In this document: positions 8,889 through 21,200 of the stretch, piece by piece
How the letters are laid out: every line of letters begins with the position of its first letter
Numbering within the stretch: position 1 is the stretch's first letter
IMG/VR virus record: IMGVR_UViG_2061766007_001281
From: an uncultured virus (IMG/VR IMGVR_UViG_2061766007_001281)
Taxonomy: Duplodnaviria; Heunggongvirae; Uroviricota; Caudoviricetes
Strand: one strand, 5' to 3'
DNA: 64,000 bases
Position numbers and translations under genes: made by a program
Notes under the pieces: generated by a model
Databases searched by the model: none
What the model was told of the DNA's origin: nothing
Seen by the model: the letters and a program-made list of their open reading frames with translations, nothing else

Positions 8889-8960
8889 TGGCGGAGGACA
8901 GATTCGAACTGCCGACCTTTANNNNNNNNNNNNNNNNNNNNNNNNNNNNNNNNNNNNTGT
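8889..8960 (-). tRNA. tRNA; isotype undetermined because the anticodon and 5' half lie in an N gap
   Basis: Minus strand reads AAAGGTC-GGCAG-TTCGAAT-CTGTC-CTCCGCC-A: variable loop, T arm and 3' acceptor strand. Confidence 0.75.
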
Positions 8961-9072
8961 ATTGCGCCCGGCGCGTGCATCACTGCGGACGCAGGGCTTC
9001 CATGATTAAAGAAAATCCTATCAATTGTGGCTAATTGTGGCTTGTTACATGGATGTTGTGAACAATTGAGGT

Positions 9073-9282
9073 TTATAGGAAGTCTGTCAGCTTGATTGCA
9101 CCGGCTATGCCGATGGGCAAGCAGACAGCCATATAGACTACGTTATAGGCTTTGGTGGTCTGTGAGAAGTTGATATGCCATACTCCTGTGAACATGAGTA
9201 CGGCACCAATAATCAGCGCGATTGCGATGAGTACGATTGCGATCAGGGCAAAGGTCTTCTTTCCAAATTTTGTCAGTTTCAT
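9073..9282 (-). CDS. Small membrane protein with two TM segments
   Basis: Two hydrophobic segments in 69 aa. Confidence 0.6.
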   Translation of the reverse strand: MKLTKFGKKTFALIAIVLIAIALIIGAVLMFTGVWHINFSQTTKAYNVVYMAVCLPIGIAGAIKLTDFL

Positions 9283-9306
9283 ATCAGTAATTGTTAAGGA
9301 TTGTAA

Positions 9307-9567
9307 TCATGGAAACAATGTGTAGGCGTGGGCGTTGATGCCTGTTACCTTCTTTACGGACTGGGCAACCAGCTTGCGCATACCCATATAAGAGGGTTTG
9401 GCTTTGCCGGTACACCAGTAATAGATAGTGGTGCGTGATGCTCCGATGCGGCTTGTAATATCGTCACGGAGTTCCGTCTGGACTTGTTCGGGAAGTGTTT
9501 GCCAGATTTCGGGCAAACTTCTTGTGTCTATGTCGTCCTTTATATATCTTTGCAGGTCAGTTTTCAT
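9307..9567 (-). CDS. Cro-like HTH regulator
   Basis: ITSRIGASRTTIYYWCTGKAKP HTH; divergent from the repressor gene. Confidence 0.7.
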   Translation of the reverse strand: MKTDLQRYIKDDIDTRSLPEIWQTLPEQVQTELRDDITSRIGASRTTIYYWCTGKAKPSYMGMRKLVAQSVKKVTGINAHAYTLFP

Positions 9568-9611
9568 TGTTCAAGTTGTGAACGAAGATTGAACATGTAA
9601 GTTAGTTGTGG

Positions 9612-9619
9612 CAAATATA
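9612..9619 (-). promoter_or_regulatory. Bacteroidetes -7 promoter element for the leftward early operon
   Basis: TATATTTG on the minus strand (fits TAnnTTTG), about 45 nt upstream of the cro-like start. Confidence 0.6.
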
Positions 9620-9675
9620 CATCAATTTGAATAGATTGTTTTTATTACGAAAAATAAATTTATCAAAAAGATGTC

Positions 9676-9696
9676 AATTTAGACAAAATCTAAATT
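9676..9696. promoter_or_regulatory. Candidate operator palindrome in the genetic switch
   Basis: AATTTAGA-CAAAA-TCTAAATT perfect inverted repeat between the divergent HTH genes. Confidence 0.5.
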
Positions 9697-9707
9697 AGGC
9701 GGAACGG

Positions 9708-10079
9708 ATGGAATCAGATGTTAGTCAGCGCATAAGGCTATACCTGAAGGAAAATAGATACACCGTAAGAACATTGGCAGGTATGCTGGGCGCAAATGAG
9801 GGTACGTTGGCAAACAAACTCAACGGCACACGTGGCATGGATATTGAAACGATTTGTGCCTTGCTGGAACTATTCCCGGACCTGTCTGCCGATTGGCTGT
9901 TGTTGGGGCGTGGGCCTATGACGCGCATGTCAGGACCTCATATATATCAGGTGAATGATGGTGGAGACAACATACAGGGTTCAACGATAACAAAGGCAGA
10001 CTGCCACCAGTTCATTGAGATGTTACAGGAGAAGGATCGTCAGATAGCGAAGCTCATTGATATTATAGAAAGGAAATAG
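9708..10079 (+). CDS. CI-like XRE-family HTH repressor
   Basis: TVRTLAGMLGANEGTLANKLNG...DLSADWLLLGRGPM; coiled-coil C-terminus; no peptidase domain. Confidence 0.8.
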   Translation: MESDVSQRIRLYLKENRYTVRTLAGMLGANEGTLANKLNGTRGMDIETICALLELFPDLSADWLLLGRGPMTRMSGPHIYQVNDGGDNIQGSTITKADCHQFIEMLQEKDRQIAKLIDIIERK

Positions 10080-10317
10080 CGTCTCGGCCCTCCTNNNNNN
10101 NNNNNNNNNNNNNNNNNNNNNNNNNNNNNNNNNNTAAATGATTAAAGAAAAGAAGGATGTTTAAGGGACGCAGTATAGGATTTTGATAGTATAACATTGA
10201 TAATCAATAGGGCCGCGAAAGGCATGTGTTTAATTGCGTCTGTTTTGAATATCCCCTACAAGCCCTTGTAGGCCCTATGTTTCCCAACGCTCCGGCCCTC
10301 CTTCGGCCCTCGGATTT

Positions 10318-11398
10318 ATGGCTAAAATTACTAATAGAGAGCTTGTTACATTGAATGAGAAACCCCTGAAAAACGGCGGTAGCTCATTATACCTCAACTA
10401 TACCGTTGACGGCGTNNNNNNNNNNNNNNNNNNNNNNNNNNNNNNNNNNNNCTGTCAGGAAGATAGACAGGATACAGAATGAGGAGACCATGAAAGCAGC
10501 ACTGGCCCTGAAAGCAAAGAGAACAGTAGAGTTGCAGAACGGCCAGGCAGGTATTGACAAGCGCAAGAGAAAAGACATGCTGCTTACCGATTACCTTAAA
10601 CAGCGTGTGGCATATTATGATGAGCGTGGCAGTAAGAGTTATCGCCAGCATATAGAGAAGATTATACGCTGGCTTGATGACTGGGGCGGACACATGACAC
10701 TCAAAGGAGCCGATAAGGAACAGATACTTGCTTTCTGTAAGTTTATGAAGGATGGTGGGCTTGCCGATACCACTATACGCGGATATTTTGAGACGATGGG
10801 CAGCCAGTTCCGTGCAGCCGTGAGAGCAGAGCTTATTGACGTGAACCCTTATGACCGTATGGATAAAGCGGAGAAACCGCGTAAGGTGGAGGTGGAGCGT
10901 GAGTTCCTCACGATGGATGAGGTGCGCCGTCTGTCACGTACCAAGATACAGAGTGACGTGGTGAGACGTGCGTTCCTGTTCTCCTGCTTTACCGGTCTGC
11001 GTGCATCGGACATACGTAACCTGGACTGGAGTGACATACATGCCACGGAGATAGGTTACCAGCTTGCCATACGTCAGGTCAAGACACAAGGGCTGNNNNN
11101 NNNNNNNNNNNNNNNNNNNNNNNNNNNNNNNNACAAAGGTAAGGTATTCCGACATCTGCCGGATCAGGCGACCGTGAACGAGACTGTACGTCACTGGGTG
11201 GCACGTGCGAGAATACATAAGCACATATCATTCCACTGCGCACGTCATACATACGCTACGCTGCTGCTCACATCGGGAGTGGACATATATACCGTGAGTA
11301 AGCTGCTGGGACATAAGGACGTGAGCGTGACACAGATATACGCAAAGATAATTGACCAGAAGAAAGTGGATGCGGTCAACATGATACCAGCCTTGTAG
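10318..11398 (+). CDS. int: Tyrosine integrase with N-terminal Arm DNA-binding domain (N gaps inside)
   Basis: ATG 10318 gives MAKITNRELVTLNEKPLKNGGSSLYLNY; catalytic motifs TGLRASD, FHCARHT, LLGH, TQIYAK. Confidence 0.93.
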
Positions 11399-11442
11399 GG
11401 GCTAAGATAGACTACAACAGCGGTCCCAATTCACCTATTTTG
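11399..11442 (+). promoter_or_regulatory. Putative late promoter, copy 1
   Basis: GGGCTAAGATAGACTAC, then TTTG ending 27 nt later; upstream of ORF 11460. Confidence 0.7.
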
Positions 11443-11459
11443 CGCGAAATAGGTGTATT

Positions 11460-11915
11460 ATGAACTACGCAAAGACCAAGACACAACTTCTTCCGCTGAT
11501 CCAGGAGGAGATTGCACGTGTGGCTGGCTCCGTCAAGAATAGTGACGGTGCTTCGCTTTATGACGTGATAATATACCATAATCAGGATGCAGACAGGCTG
11601 TATTCATTTGCAGAGGAGGCCGCCAGCAATCTGCGTGCGCGTCTGAACTTCATAGACGAATCCACCAACACCACAAACACTATCACGTTTGCGTTTCGTA
11701 ACGAGGATATGCCGGCAGCACTCCAAAATCCTGCCACGATACAGATAACCAACTATCTTGTGTATTATGCCGTAGCGCGCTGGCTCATCAACAAGAGCAT
11801 ACAGGACCGTGGTGCCGAGTACACCGCACTGGCTAAGAGCGCCGAGGAAGCGGCCGTCACACATATACTGACACGTTCAACAAGCTCATATTACCATCAT
11901 GATAATTCAGATTAG
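11460..11915 (+). CDS. Putative virion neck/connector protein
   Basis: 151 aa; ITNYLVYYAVARW motif is shared loosely with the next two genes. Confidence 0.55.
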   Translation: MNYAKTKTQLLPLIQEEIARVAGSVKNSDGASLYDVIIYHNQDADRLYSFAEEAASNLRARLNFIDESTNTTNTITFAFRNEDMPAALQNPATIQITNYLVYYAVARWLINKSIQDRGAEYTALAKSAEEAAVTHILTRSTSSYYHHDNSD

Positions 11916-12357
11916 TACAACCGAGTTGTGGGTGGACATCCAAACCAAGTCAGAGCATGAGACGGCAGGGTTGGAACCTGAGAAAAGGTTCCACTTGCAG
12001 ATTGGTAGTGACAAGAAGGAGTTGGTGGAGCGTTTTATGCTGCGTGCCAGCTCCGACATAACCAATAAGCTGCGCAGGTTCATGACACCTACCTATACGG
12101 CACAGGCAAACAACGCCTTTTCCATACCTACCAACTTTGAATGGACGTTATCCATCACCGAGCGCAGGACCGGCTGCACCGTCCAGGCGCTGGCAGATGC
12201 CTGTCACGCATATATCGTCAATGAGGTGTTTAAGTTGTACTATGAGAGCAAGGATAACGCTGATTTGGCTAAGTTTCATAGTCTGGCTGCCACGGATGAT
12301 ATGAACACCCTTGAGCAGCTCATATACAGCAAGCAACCACCAATCTATTCTGAATAA
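11899..12357 (+). CDS. Putative virion neck/connector protein
   Basis: 152 aa; CHAYIVNEVFKLYY. Confidence 0.55.
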   Translation: MIIQISTTELWVDIQTKSEHETAGLEPEKRFHLQIGSDKKELVERFMLRASSDITNKLRRFMTPTYTAQANNAFSIPTNFEWTLSITERRTGCTVQALADACHAYIVNEVFKLYYESKDNADLAKFHSLAATDDMNTLEQLIYSKQPPIYSE

Positions 12358-12359
12358 CT

Positions 12360-12905
12360 ATGGAGGAGGAAGCTACAACAAAATACCGCAAGATCCGCAT
12401 CAAGATTGCCAATGTGTTCAAGGACATTGACAGCTTGACATATAAGTATGCCGAGGCCAGCACCATTGAAATGCCCAAACAGAGGGATGCGGTACAGAGT
12501 GACGTGACTGAAGGTCTGGACGGACATATACTGGCACGTAACGTGGAGCTGCGTGACGCCAAGATGCGTAACATACTGCGCAGGTGGCTCAAAGAGAGCG
12601 ACAACGAGATTATCATTGAGAACGATACATTGTACGCCAACACAACGGAGTTCTTGGATTATGAGTTGTATGTGCCAACCGAACTCAAAGATTCCATGCT
12701 CCGTAGTGTGGCTACATTCATACACAACTACCTGGTATGCGGTGCGCTGTATGACTGGTTCGGTAAGGGTATGGGTGACAAGCAGGCCGCCGTCTTTGCA
12801 GCAGAGCTGGATGATATGGAGGCTGAGATAACCAACACGCTCATTCCTGATACTGTCATCATACCGCCACTTAATCCGTGGGGCAGACCTATAAGTAAGT
12901 ATTGA
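12360..12905 (+). CDS. Putative virion neck/connector protein
   Basis: 181 aa; IHNYLVCGALYDWF. Confidence 0.55.
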   Translation: MEEEATTKYRKIRIKIANVFKDIDSLTYKYAEASTIEMPKQRDAVQSDVTEGLDGHILARNVELRDAKMRNILRRWLKESDNEIIIENDTLYANTTEFLDYELYVPTELKDSMLRSVATFIHNYLVCGALYDWFGKGMGDKQAAVFAAELDDMEAEITNTLIPDTVIIPPLNPWGRPISKY

Positions 12906-12906
12906 T

Positions 12907-13221
12907 ATGGCACGAGCAAAGAATGACGGCAAGGGACGTATGGGTGGCCGCACCAAGGGTACACCCAATAAGGTGAGCAGCGAGGTTAAGAACGCGCTGG
13001 CTCCCATCGTCATGGCATACGTCAACGGTGAGGGACTGGGTGAGACCAAAGCAAAGCTGGCTGAGGATTTACAAGCCATGCAGCCTGCCGAGCGCGCCAA
13101 GGTGATGAAAGACCTTATCCCATACGTGATACCGAAACTCAGTGCCGTGGAGATAAAAGATGCCGTTCCCGTCAAGACATTCCGTGAGGAACTGGACGAG
13201 ATGCGCGAGGAGGGTAAGTAA
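12907..13221 (+). CDS. Terminase small subunit-like protein
   Basis: GGRTKGTPNK N-terminal motif, as in small phage DNA-packaging proteins. Confidence 0.55.
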   Translation: MARAKNDGKGRMGGRTKGTPNKVSSEVKNALAPIVMAYVNGEGLGETKAKLAEDLQAMQPAERAKVMKDLIPYVIPKLSAVEIKDAVPVKTFREELDEMREEGK

Positions 13222-13263
13222 CTACAATAGTTTGTTATAGTTTGGCGCGGCCCTTCGCGGTGT

Positions 13264-13307
13264 GGGCTAAAATAGACTGCTCTTTGAGGCGGTCTATTTT
13301 TATTTTG
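13264..13307 (+). promoter_or_regulatory. Putative late promoter, copy 2
   Basis: GGGCTAAAATAGACTGC, then TTTG ending 27 nt later. Confidence 0.65.
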
Positions 13308-13336
13308 GACCGGTTTATAAACTCAAATTCAACAAT

Positions 13337-13902
13337 ATGCTTACAATGGCAATAGCGCCGGTAGTACTGGCGGCGNNNNNNNNNNNNNNNNNNNNNNNNN
13401 NNNNNNAGAGCAGGCGGACGCTGCGCGTGAAGCGTTTAACAGCGAGACCAAGGCACAGCGTCAGAAGATTCAGAACTGGTACAACATACGCAGCAACCAG
13501 CCCTACACACAGCGTGCAGACGTACAGGACGCACTCACCAAACAGCGTGAGCTTATCAACGAGCGATACAAGCAGTCACGTGCTACCAATGTGGTGGCAG
13601 GTGGCAGTGAGGCACAGCTGGCTGCCGAGAAAGAGGCAGCTAACAAAGCGATGGGTGAGACCATTGCCGACATCGCTGCCGCAGGTTCAGCCAATCAGGA
13701 TAAGCTGGATGCCATGTACCTGGGTATGGATAATCAGATGAGTCAGAACATCGCCAACGCATGGTACCAGCAGAACATGCAGCAGGCACAGCAGACAGCA
13801 CAAGCAGCCGCACAAGCGTCAGGGGCCGCCGTCCAGATGGGTGGCTCACTCATTCAGGCGCTGGCAGAGAAAGAATGGAAGAATAAAAAAGACCAAGGAT
13901 AA
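13337..13902 (+). CDS. Ala/Gln-rich putative ejection (internal virion) protein (joined across a gap)
   Basis: Hydrophobic N-terminus, A/Q-rich helical body, located upstream of the giant gene. Confidence 0.5.
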
Positions 13903-13914
13903 ATCTCACGTATC

Positions 13915-15242
13915 ATGCCGTCAACATCATCAAAACAGACAATGGACCTTCAGGATGAACTGGAGGAGGAGCGCAAGAGACGCGAGGAGCAACAGCAGGT
14001 ACCGCAGGCGGCGGTAGCAGCACAGGCGGTAGCTGAGGCACAGCAACAGCAGCAGGTAGCGCAGCAAGCCNNNNNNNNNNNNNNNNNNNNNNNNNNNNNN
14101 NNNNNNNNNNNNNNNNNNNNNNNNNNNNNNNNNNNNNNNNNNNNNNNNNNNNNNNNNNNNNNNNNNNNNNNNNNNNNNNNNNNNNNNNNNNNNNNNNNNN
14201 NNNNNNNNNNNNNNNNNNNNNNNNNNNNNNNNAGGACTATCAGAACTATCTTGCCAATCTGGTACAGGGTTATCAGAACGACCTTGCCGAAGCCAAGAAA
14301 GAGGCGGAGCTGCAAAAGAAGATTGACACTAACAAGACCGTGTTTGCCGGTGTGACGGAGTTTGCCAGCGCGCTGGCTAACCTCATCGGTACAGGTCAGG
14401 GTGCCGTCAACCAGCAACCCAAGACATACACACAAGACTGGATGCGTGAGGCAGACCAGCACCGCCAGCAGGAGCGTGAACGTCTGGACCGTATGCGTGA
14501 GAAACTGCGTGAGCAGGAGCAGCAGGGCGCAGCAACCAAATACTCCATGACACGTGAGCAGATTGCCAGGGAGCTGGAGTTGCGTAAACAGAAAGCCGCT
14601 GGTGCCGTGGATGTAGCCAAGGCACGTAAAGCAGAGGAGGAAGAAGCCTATGAGCGCGGACAGGCAGCCGAGATACGTGATGATAAGAACACACAGTTCG
14701 CACAGACACTCTCACTCAACGTACTCAAAGAGAACAACCGCCACCAGGAGCAGATGGCGAAAGCCGGTGTTACTGGTGTCAAGCGTTCGGGTAACGGCGA
14801 TTACACCGTTACATACAAGAAAGACTATAAGAGTGGCAGCGGCTCAGGCAGCGGCTCAGGTTCAAGCAAGAACAATATCATCACCATACCCAAGGTAGGC
14901 AGTATGCCGGAGGTCCGTTACCATGTTCCGCTGGATATGGTACACCAGCTTGTATATGACTATATCAAAGCTGGCTCCGTCAACGATCTGGATGAGGAGG
15001 GTATGCAGATATATGAGGAGCTGAATAAAGCCAGTGCCTTGCAGGTATATGGCAGCTCACAGGAGAAGGTGGCCGAGACATCAGAGAAACTCAGGCCCCT
15101 TATCGCACACTCTCCCACACTGCGTGAGGCGGTGAGACTACTGGAGTTGGAATTGAAGAATCTGAAGGACGATGAGGAAGAAAAGACCGATGAAGATGAC
15201 GATTTCCCCTCAGTAGATGACGATGGTTTCCCCAATCCCTAA
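13915..15242 (+). CDS. Gln/Glu-rich putative internal virion protein (joined across a gap)
   Basis: Frames of ORFs 13915 and 14340 are separated only by an N run. Confidence 0.55.
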
Positions 15243-15252
15243 ATAACAACAC

Positions 15253-18200
15253 ATGGATAAAAAGTATATGCTCGTTCTGCCTGACGGCAAAAGCCGTACT
15301 TACAGCGCAGATGAGTTTGCCAGCCCTAACATACAGCAGTGGCTGGAGAAGACGCCGAGTTCCGAGTATGCCGTCTATGAGCAGACTGCCGTAGGTGACA
15401 ATGACGAGGAGCAGGAAGGTGACGTGTACAATATCCGTCTTGTTAAGGATAACAAGGCAAAGGACCGCCAGTACACGTCCGCCGACTGGCATAATGAGAA
15501 CGTACAGAACTGGGTGAAACAACATCCCGAAGCGGAGGTGTCACGCCTGCGCCAGTATGACTACTGGGGTGAGCGTGCCAAATCACAGCAGGGTGACATG
15601 GATGAGTTTGACCGTGCCAACGGCGGATTTATGGCCGAGTATGAGGCACGTAAAGCCGAGCTGGATGATGAGACCACACCACAGGACCGCAGGGATAAAC
15701 TCAATGAGTTCATTGAGACCAACCGCCAGCGTTATGACGAGCTGACCGCACAACGTCAGGCACAGCAGGCTGCCTATGACAATAATCCGTCTGTCATGGC
15801 AGAGCGTGAGGAGTACCGTAACGGTACCATTGACGCTATCAAGAAACAGATGGCCGAGAACGAGGCACGCTGGGATGAGCTGGGCAAGCNNNNNNNNNNN
15901 NNNNNNNNNNNNNNNNNNNNNNNNNNNNNNNNNNNNTCTGTCTGCCAATCCGCAGATGGAAGCATCCGGCGCTGACACCTGGGTTCGTGAGCAGCTGACA
16001 AAGAACTATACCGGTAACGCAGAGGATGAGGCCAACTACAAAGCCGCCAACCAACTGCTGGATGAGTCCGTCAAGTTATACGGCTCCACACAGAAAGGTG
16101 ACTTTGAGGGGTTGTCATGGTCCGAGAAGGTGGCCAAAGGCGTGCAGTCTTTCGGTAAGGCTGCCAAAGACCGTATCACAGACCGTGAGTTCTGGGAGAG
16201 TACCGTTGATCCGACAGCCAACGGTCATGCACTTTATAACCTGCACTCCAAGGTGACGGACCTTATCGGCAGCTATCNNNNNNNNNNNNNNNNNNNNNNN
16301 NNNNNNNNNNNNNNNNNNNNNNNNNNNGAAACTCAGCGACAGCGAGAAAGCGTTGCTGGAGGCATATATGCGTAACGCTCAGGCGATGGATGACAACTCC
16401 GACACACACTGGACCTATACAGCAGGCGGCACGTTCACCGACAGCATGAAGTTCATGGCTGAGATGATGCTGGGCAGCGGCGCTACCGGTACTGCCATGA
16501 AGGGTGCGTCCAACGGTATGCTCAAATGGTTTGCCAAACGTGCAGGACAGGCCACGACCAAGGCAGGACGCGCAGCTATCAAGGGAGCAGGTAAGTTCCT
16601 GGTCAGTGACACACGTGCGCTGGTACGTGGTGCCATACAGACCGCCGCCGCACCGTCCACCTATGCCAACATAGCCGGTAAGATGTCCGAGATAAACGAG
16701 GCAGGACAGCTCAACACCTTCATGGAGAGTGTGGCTGACGGCCTCTTTGATTCATATATTGAGAACGCATCGGAGTTCGGACTGGGTNNNNNNNNNNNNN
16801 NNNNNNNNNNNNNNNNNNNNNNNNNNNNNNNNNNNNNNNNNNNNNNNNNNNNNNNCGTGCCGGTATCCAAAGCGGTGTTGAGGAATGGGGTGAGGAGGTC
16901 AACGGCGCATATATACGCTCACTGGCCGCACTCATATCAGGCGGTAAGATAGGTGACGAAAAGGAATGGGATAACTTCTGGACCAAGGATAACCAGCTTG
17001 TGCTGCTTGCCAGCTTTGCACCTACCATCGGTGGCGGTAAAGCCATATCAGAGGCACAGCGTAAGCACCTGTCTAATCAGATGCACAAGAAAAGTGCGGA
17101 GGTACATGAGATGCTGACCGCCAACGGATATAGCAACGAGGCAGCTAACGCATTCGTATCTGCTGTACGTGGTGACACACCCAATGACCTTATCACCAAC
17201 GCATCACCTTACCTGCAGGAGTTCTTCCGTCAGGATCATGACGTGAACGATGTACGTCTGGTACTGGATTATATCAGCACCACAGCCAGGGCGCTGGAAG
17301 CCGATTCACGTAACGCACGTGACAACAGCGACAACCGCACGCTGGAACGTGACAAGATAATGACGAGCATGGCAAACCATAACGAGTTTACCATGCAGCG
17401 CTCATTACCTGACAGCGATTATACGGTAGAGAGTGTGCGCCGAATAGAGCAGGGTGACAAGACCGGTTATATAGTAGGCGGTGACGAGCAGGGCTGGGCC
17501 GTCAATTATGAGGACGGCACGGTGGGCATACTCAGCGAGCAGCAGATTGAGGAAGGTGTGAACGCAGGTACAGCCGTTGATAGCGGCTGGATGACTGCCG
17601 ATGACTTCNNNNNNNNNNNNNNNNNNNNNNNNNNNNNNNNNNNNNNNNNTATGGAGAGTGAGCAGCGTACCAACATGGCACAGCTCACACAGGCACTGCG
17701 TCCCGGTACCACCATCAACATAGGCACTACCGAAGCACCGCAGGACGGAATGGTAGCGAGCCTTAACGCAGACGGCGCAATCATAGAAGGTCCTGAAGGG
17801 TTCCGTCAGTACACATGGGAGGAGCTGGCACGTATGATGGATATGGAGTACCAGCCAAAGACCGATGCAGAGCTGGCTGATGATGAGGCCGCACGTCTGG
17901 ACCGTTTCGCTGACGCACGCGCACAGATGGATGAGACCGCTGCCAAGGGTTTTGCATCCATACAGCGTGACGGTACCACGTATAACATAACTGCCGCATT
18001 GGACTGGCAGGACCGTGAGGACGGACAGCAGATGCATGTCTTTGCTACCGATGAGCAGGGTGACATGACGGAGTTGTGGCTGAACACCGATGAGGTGGCA
18101 CAGGTGCTGGCTGAGGGTGACGTAGCGATGCAGCGTGAGGCCGAGCAGCGTGTGACCGAGAAAACCGAGGAGGAGCAGCCCCATGACATGAACCATGACT

Positions 18201-21200
18201 TCCGCGGTAATCCCCTGCCTATGACACCTGAAGGTGAGGTAGATGAAAAAGCCCTTTGGAACAATGATCCGGAGGCGTGGGCCAAGTGGAATGACGAGCA
18301 GAAAGAAGATAACGGTGCAGACAGCATTGATTATATCAACACCGCCATAGCCAAGATACAGGAGGATGTGGTGGCGCTGACCGCACAGCGTAAGAGCGAG
18401 CTGGACTTCACCAAACGTAACGCCATTGACGCACAGCTGACGGAGATGGCAGGACGCGCCGCTACGTTACGTGGTATCATTGACGGATATAACCAGCCGA
18501 GTGACAACGCTGTCATACAGCGTATCAACGACTGGACCAGGAAGCTGGGTATAACGATAAACTCCTACGTATCCGTTGAGGAGATACCTGACGAGCGTGT
18601 GCGTAAGGCATTGCAGGGCGGACAGGTTCATACGGCATGGTATGATCCAAAAACCGATTCGGTCAATTTCTTCATACCTAACATAGCCGATACCAGGATG
18701 GTGGACAGCGCCGTCATACATGAGGTGGTGGCACATCAGGGTTTACGCCGTCTGCTGGGTAAGGAGTTTGACACGTTATGTGACCGCGTGTGGGCTGACC
18801 TGATGGAGGATAAGACCAAGGACCAGTACCTGCGTCTTGTCACCAGCACAGCACCCAAAGCCAGCGAGCAGCAGCGTCAGCGTATGGCCGCCGNNNNNNN
18901 NNNNNNNNNNNNNNNNNNNNNNNNNNNCCTCAACACCGAGGATTCACAGACCTTATGGCAAAAGCTGTGTGAGTTCGTCAAGGATATACTTTTACGTCTG
19001 GGTGTGGGCGGTGACATCACCGTGGATGATTTGCGTGAGCTGTTACAGGCCAGCATGTCCAGTTACGTTAAGCAGGCCAGCGAGCCGCAGTCCGTACTGG
19101 GTACCATACCTACCATTACCGATAAGCAGGGTAACGTGAAAGGTTATAACTGGGAGGCAGCTCCTGACGCAGAGACGGCGCTGGCCGGATTGCGTGAGGC
19201 AGGTTATGACGATAAGATAATACGTCAGTTCGCAGCTAACAGAGCCAAGAAACTGCGTGAGGATAAATCACGCCTGGAGAAACGTAACCCCGAAACCATT
19301 GAGGAGCAGAAAGCCATCAATGACAAGTTGGATACCAACACCAAGGCACACTTGCTTTGGAATAACATAGTATCGCTGCTCAATAAGGCAGAGAGCGCGC
19401 AGGAGAAACGCCGTAAGGAGGTTATCAACACCGACACCACAGGACTGCCCGGCATCACCGAGCGATTCAACGCCAGCAGCCGTATTAAGGGTATAGCCAC
19501 TACACGTACACTGGCAGACGGCCGTATCATACAAGGCCATTATGAGCTGGTGAGAAGCGGTGCGGTAACTCCGTCACATAACCCTGAGACGTTTGCACCG
19601 ACCGAGGGCTATCCTACCAATGAGAACGGCAGCTCCATCAACGACCGTGACTATGAGCATGACGAGGCCGCACAGCAGTCTGTACGTCAGAAAGCAGGTG
19701 TGTACGACCAGCGCGCTTATCAGGAGCCTGTTATCGTCAGCCGTGACGGTGTGGTGCTGTCCGGTAATGACCGTACCATGGCCGGTATGCTCGCCGCTGA
19801 TAACGGTACCGACACCCAGTATGTGGAAAGTCTCATCAAGGACGCACCTATGTACGGATTCACATCCGACCAGGTAAAGGAGTTTAACCATCCGCGTCTG
19901 ATATTCGTGCTGGATGAAGATATTCCGTACACCACTGAGACCATGGCGCTGTTCAACATGAGCGAGCGTAAGACACAGAACCGTACCGAGCAGATGGTGA
20001 AAAGCGGTAAGACCGTCAAGGATACCACATTCACCAAACTGGCTGATGTGGTGTCACGGTTTGACAACACGTCAGACATGTACCGCGACCAGACAGCCGT
20101 TGCCGAGCTTATGAAGATACTCATGGCGGACGGTGTGCTGAACCAGCAGGATATTGAGCAGTTCATTGATAACGGCCTGTTATCACGTACCGGACAGGAT
20201 TACATAGAGTCTCTTATCATGGGATACCTGTTCAACGGACGTGACACCACCGTGCGCCGTCTGATGGCGGAGGGTATGGGTAACGTGCGCCGTTCCATCG
20301 TTGGCTCACTGGCCGCACTGACCGCCAACCGCACACTGGGTGAATACTCGCTCCAGGACATCATGGAGGATGCAATCGCAATCTGTTATGAGGCACATAA
20401 GGGATTCGGCGGTAACGTAGGTGACTATCTGAGACAAAGAAACCTCTTTGAGAGTGATAATACCGAAAGTTATTTGTATCTTGCAAAGTGGTTTGCCATT
20501 TACCTGAACAGCGGTTCGCTGGAGGTACGTGCCGTGCTTGACATATATAACCGGTCCTATGCTGACAGCGCAGGGACCGAGGATGTGTTCGGTGGCCGTA
20601 CAGCTCAGGACGCTATCAGGGATATAACAGCATACATACAAAACAAATATAACGATGAAATCCAAGGAAGAATTGCTGAGGAAAGCAATACAGCAGACCA
20701 ACGAGGCCAGCTTGAAGGCAGCCCTGAAGACAGGACTGGTGACCAAACAGGAGCTGGAGGGACTGAGCAAACAAGCCCAGTACGAGACGGTAATGCGCAG
20801 GATGGCGCAGCTCTAAGTCCTACCGACCGCGAGTGGGCCGCCGTCAAACTCATAGAGGCCGGTGCCGATGCGCGCCTGCCTGAGTTGATGAGTGATGAGG
20901 AAATCGCCGAGTTCACCCATGAATATGAATACTGGGAGCAGTTCAATGACGAGCTGGGCCAGTTATATACCGACCTGGACGGTGACTTGAAATCTACTGA
21001 CAAGGCCATAAAGACCGCCGCACAGCGTAGGATAGACAATCAGCAGGCTTTAGTCATACGTAAGTTCAAGCCCATTGAGGATATGGTATGGGGCCTCATG
21101 GTCAAGTATAATCTGACTGAGGAGGAATTTACAGAGGAGACACAGGAAAACACCGCAGATGACATCGTAACCGATAAGCTGGAGGACCAGCAGTATGAGG

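Noticed and set aside
9002..10151. 14-bp direct repeat ATGATTAAAGAAAA at about 9002 and 10138, flanking the cro/cI region, as attL/attR
   Set aside because: AT-rich, only two copies, and it would excise only the switch region; could be chance or a regulatory site
14832..14867. AGCGGCTCAGGC tandem repeat
   Set aside because: It encodes a Gly-Ser linker within a protein and is not a separate element
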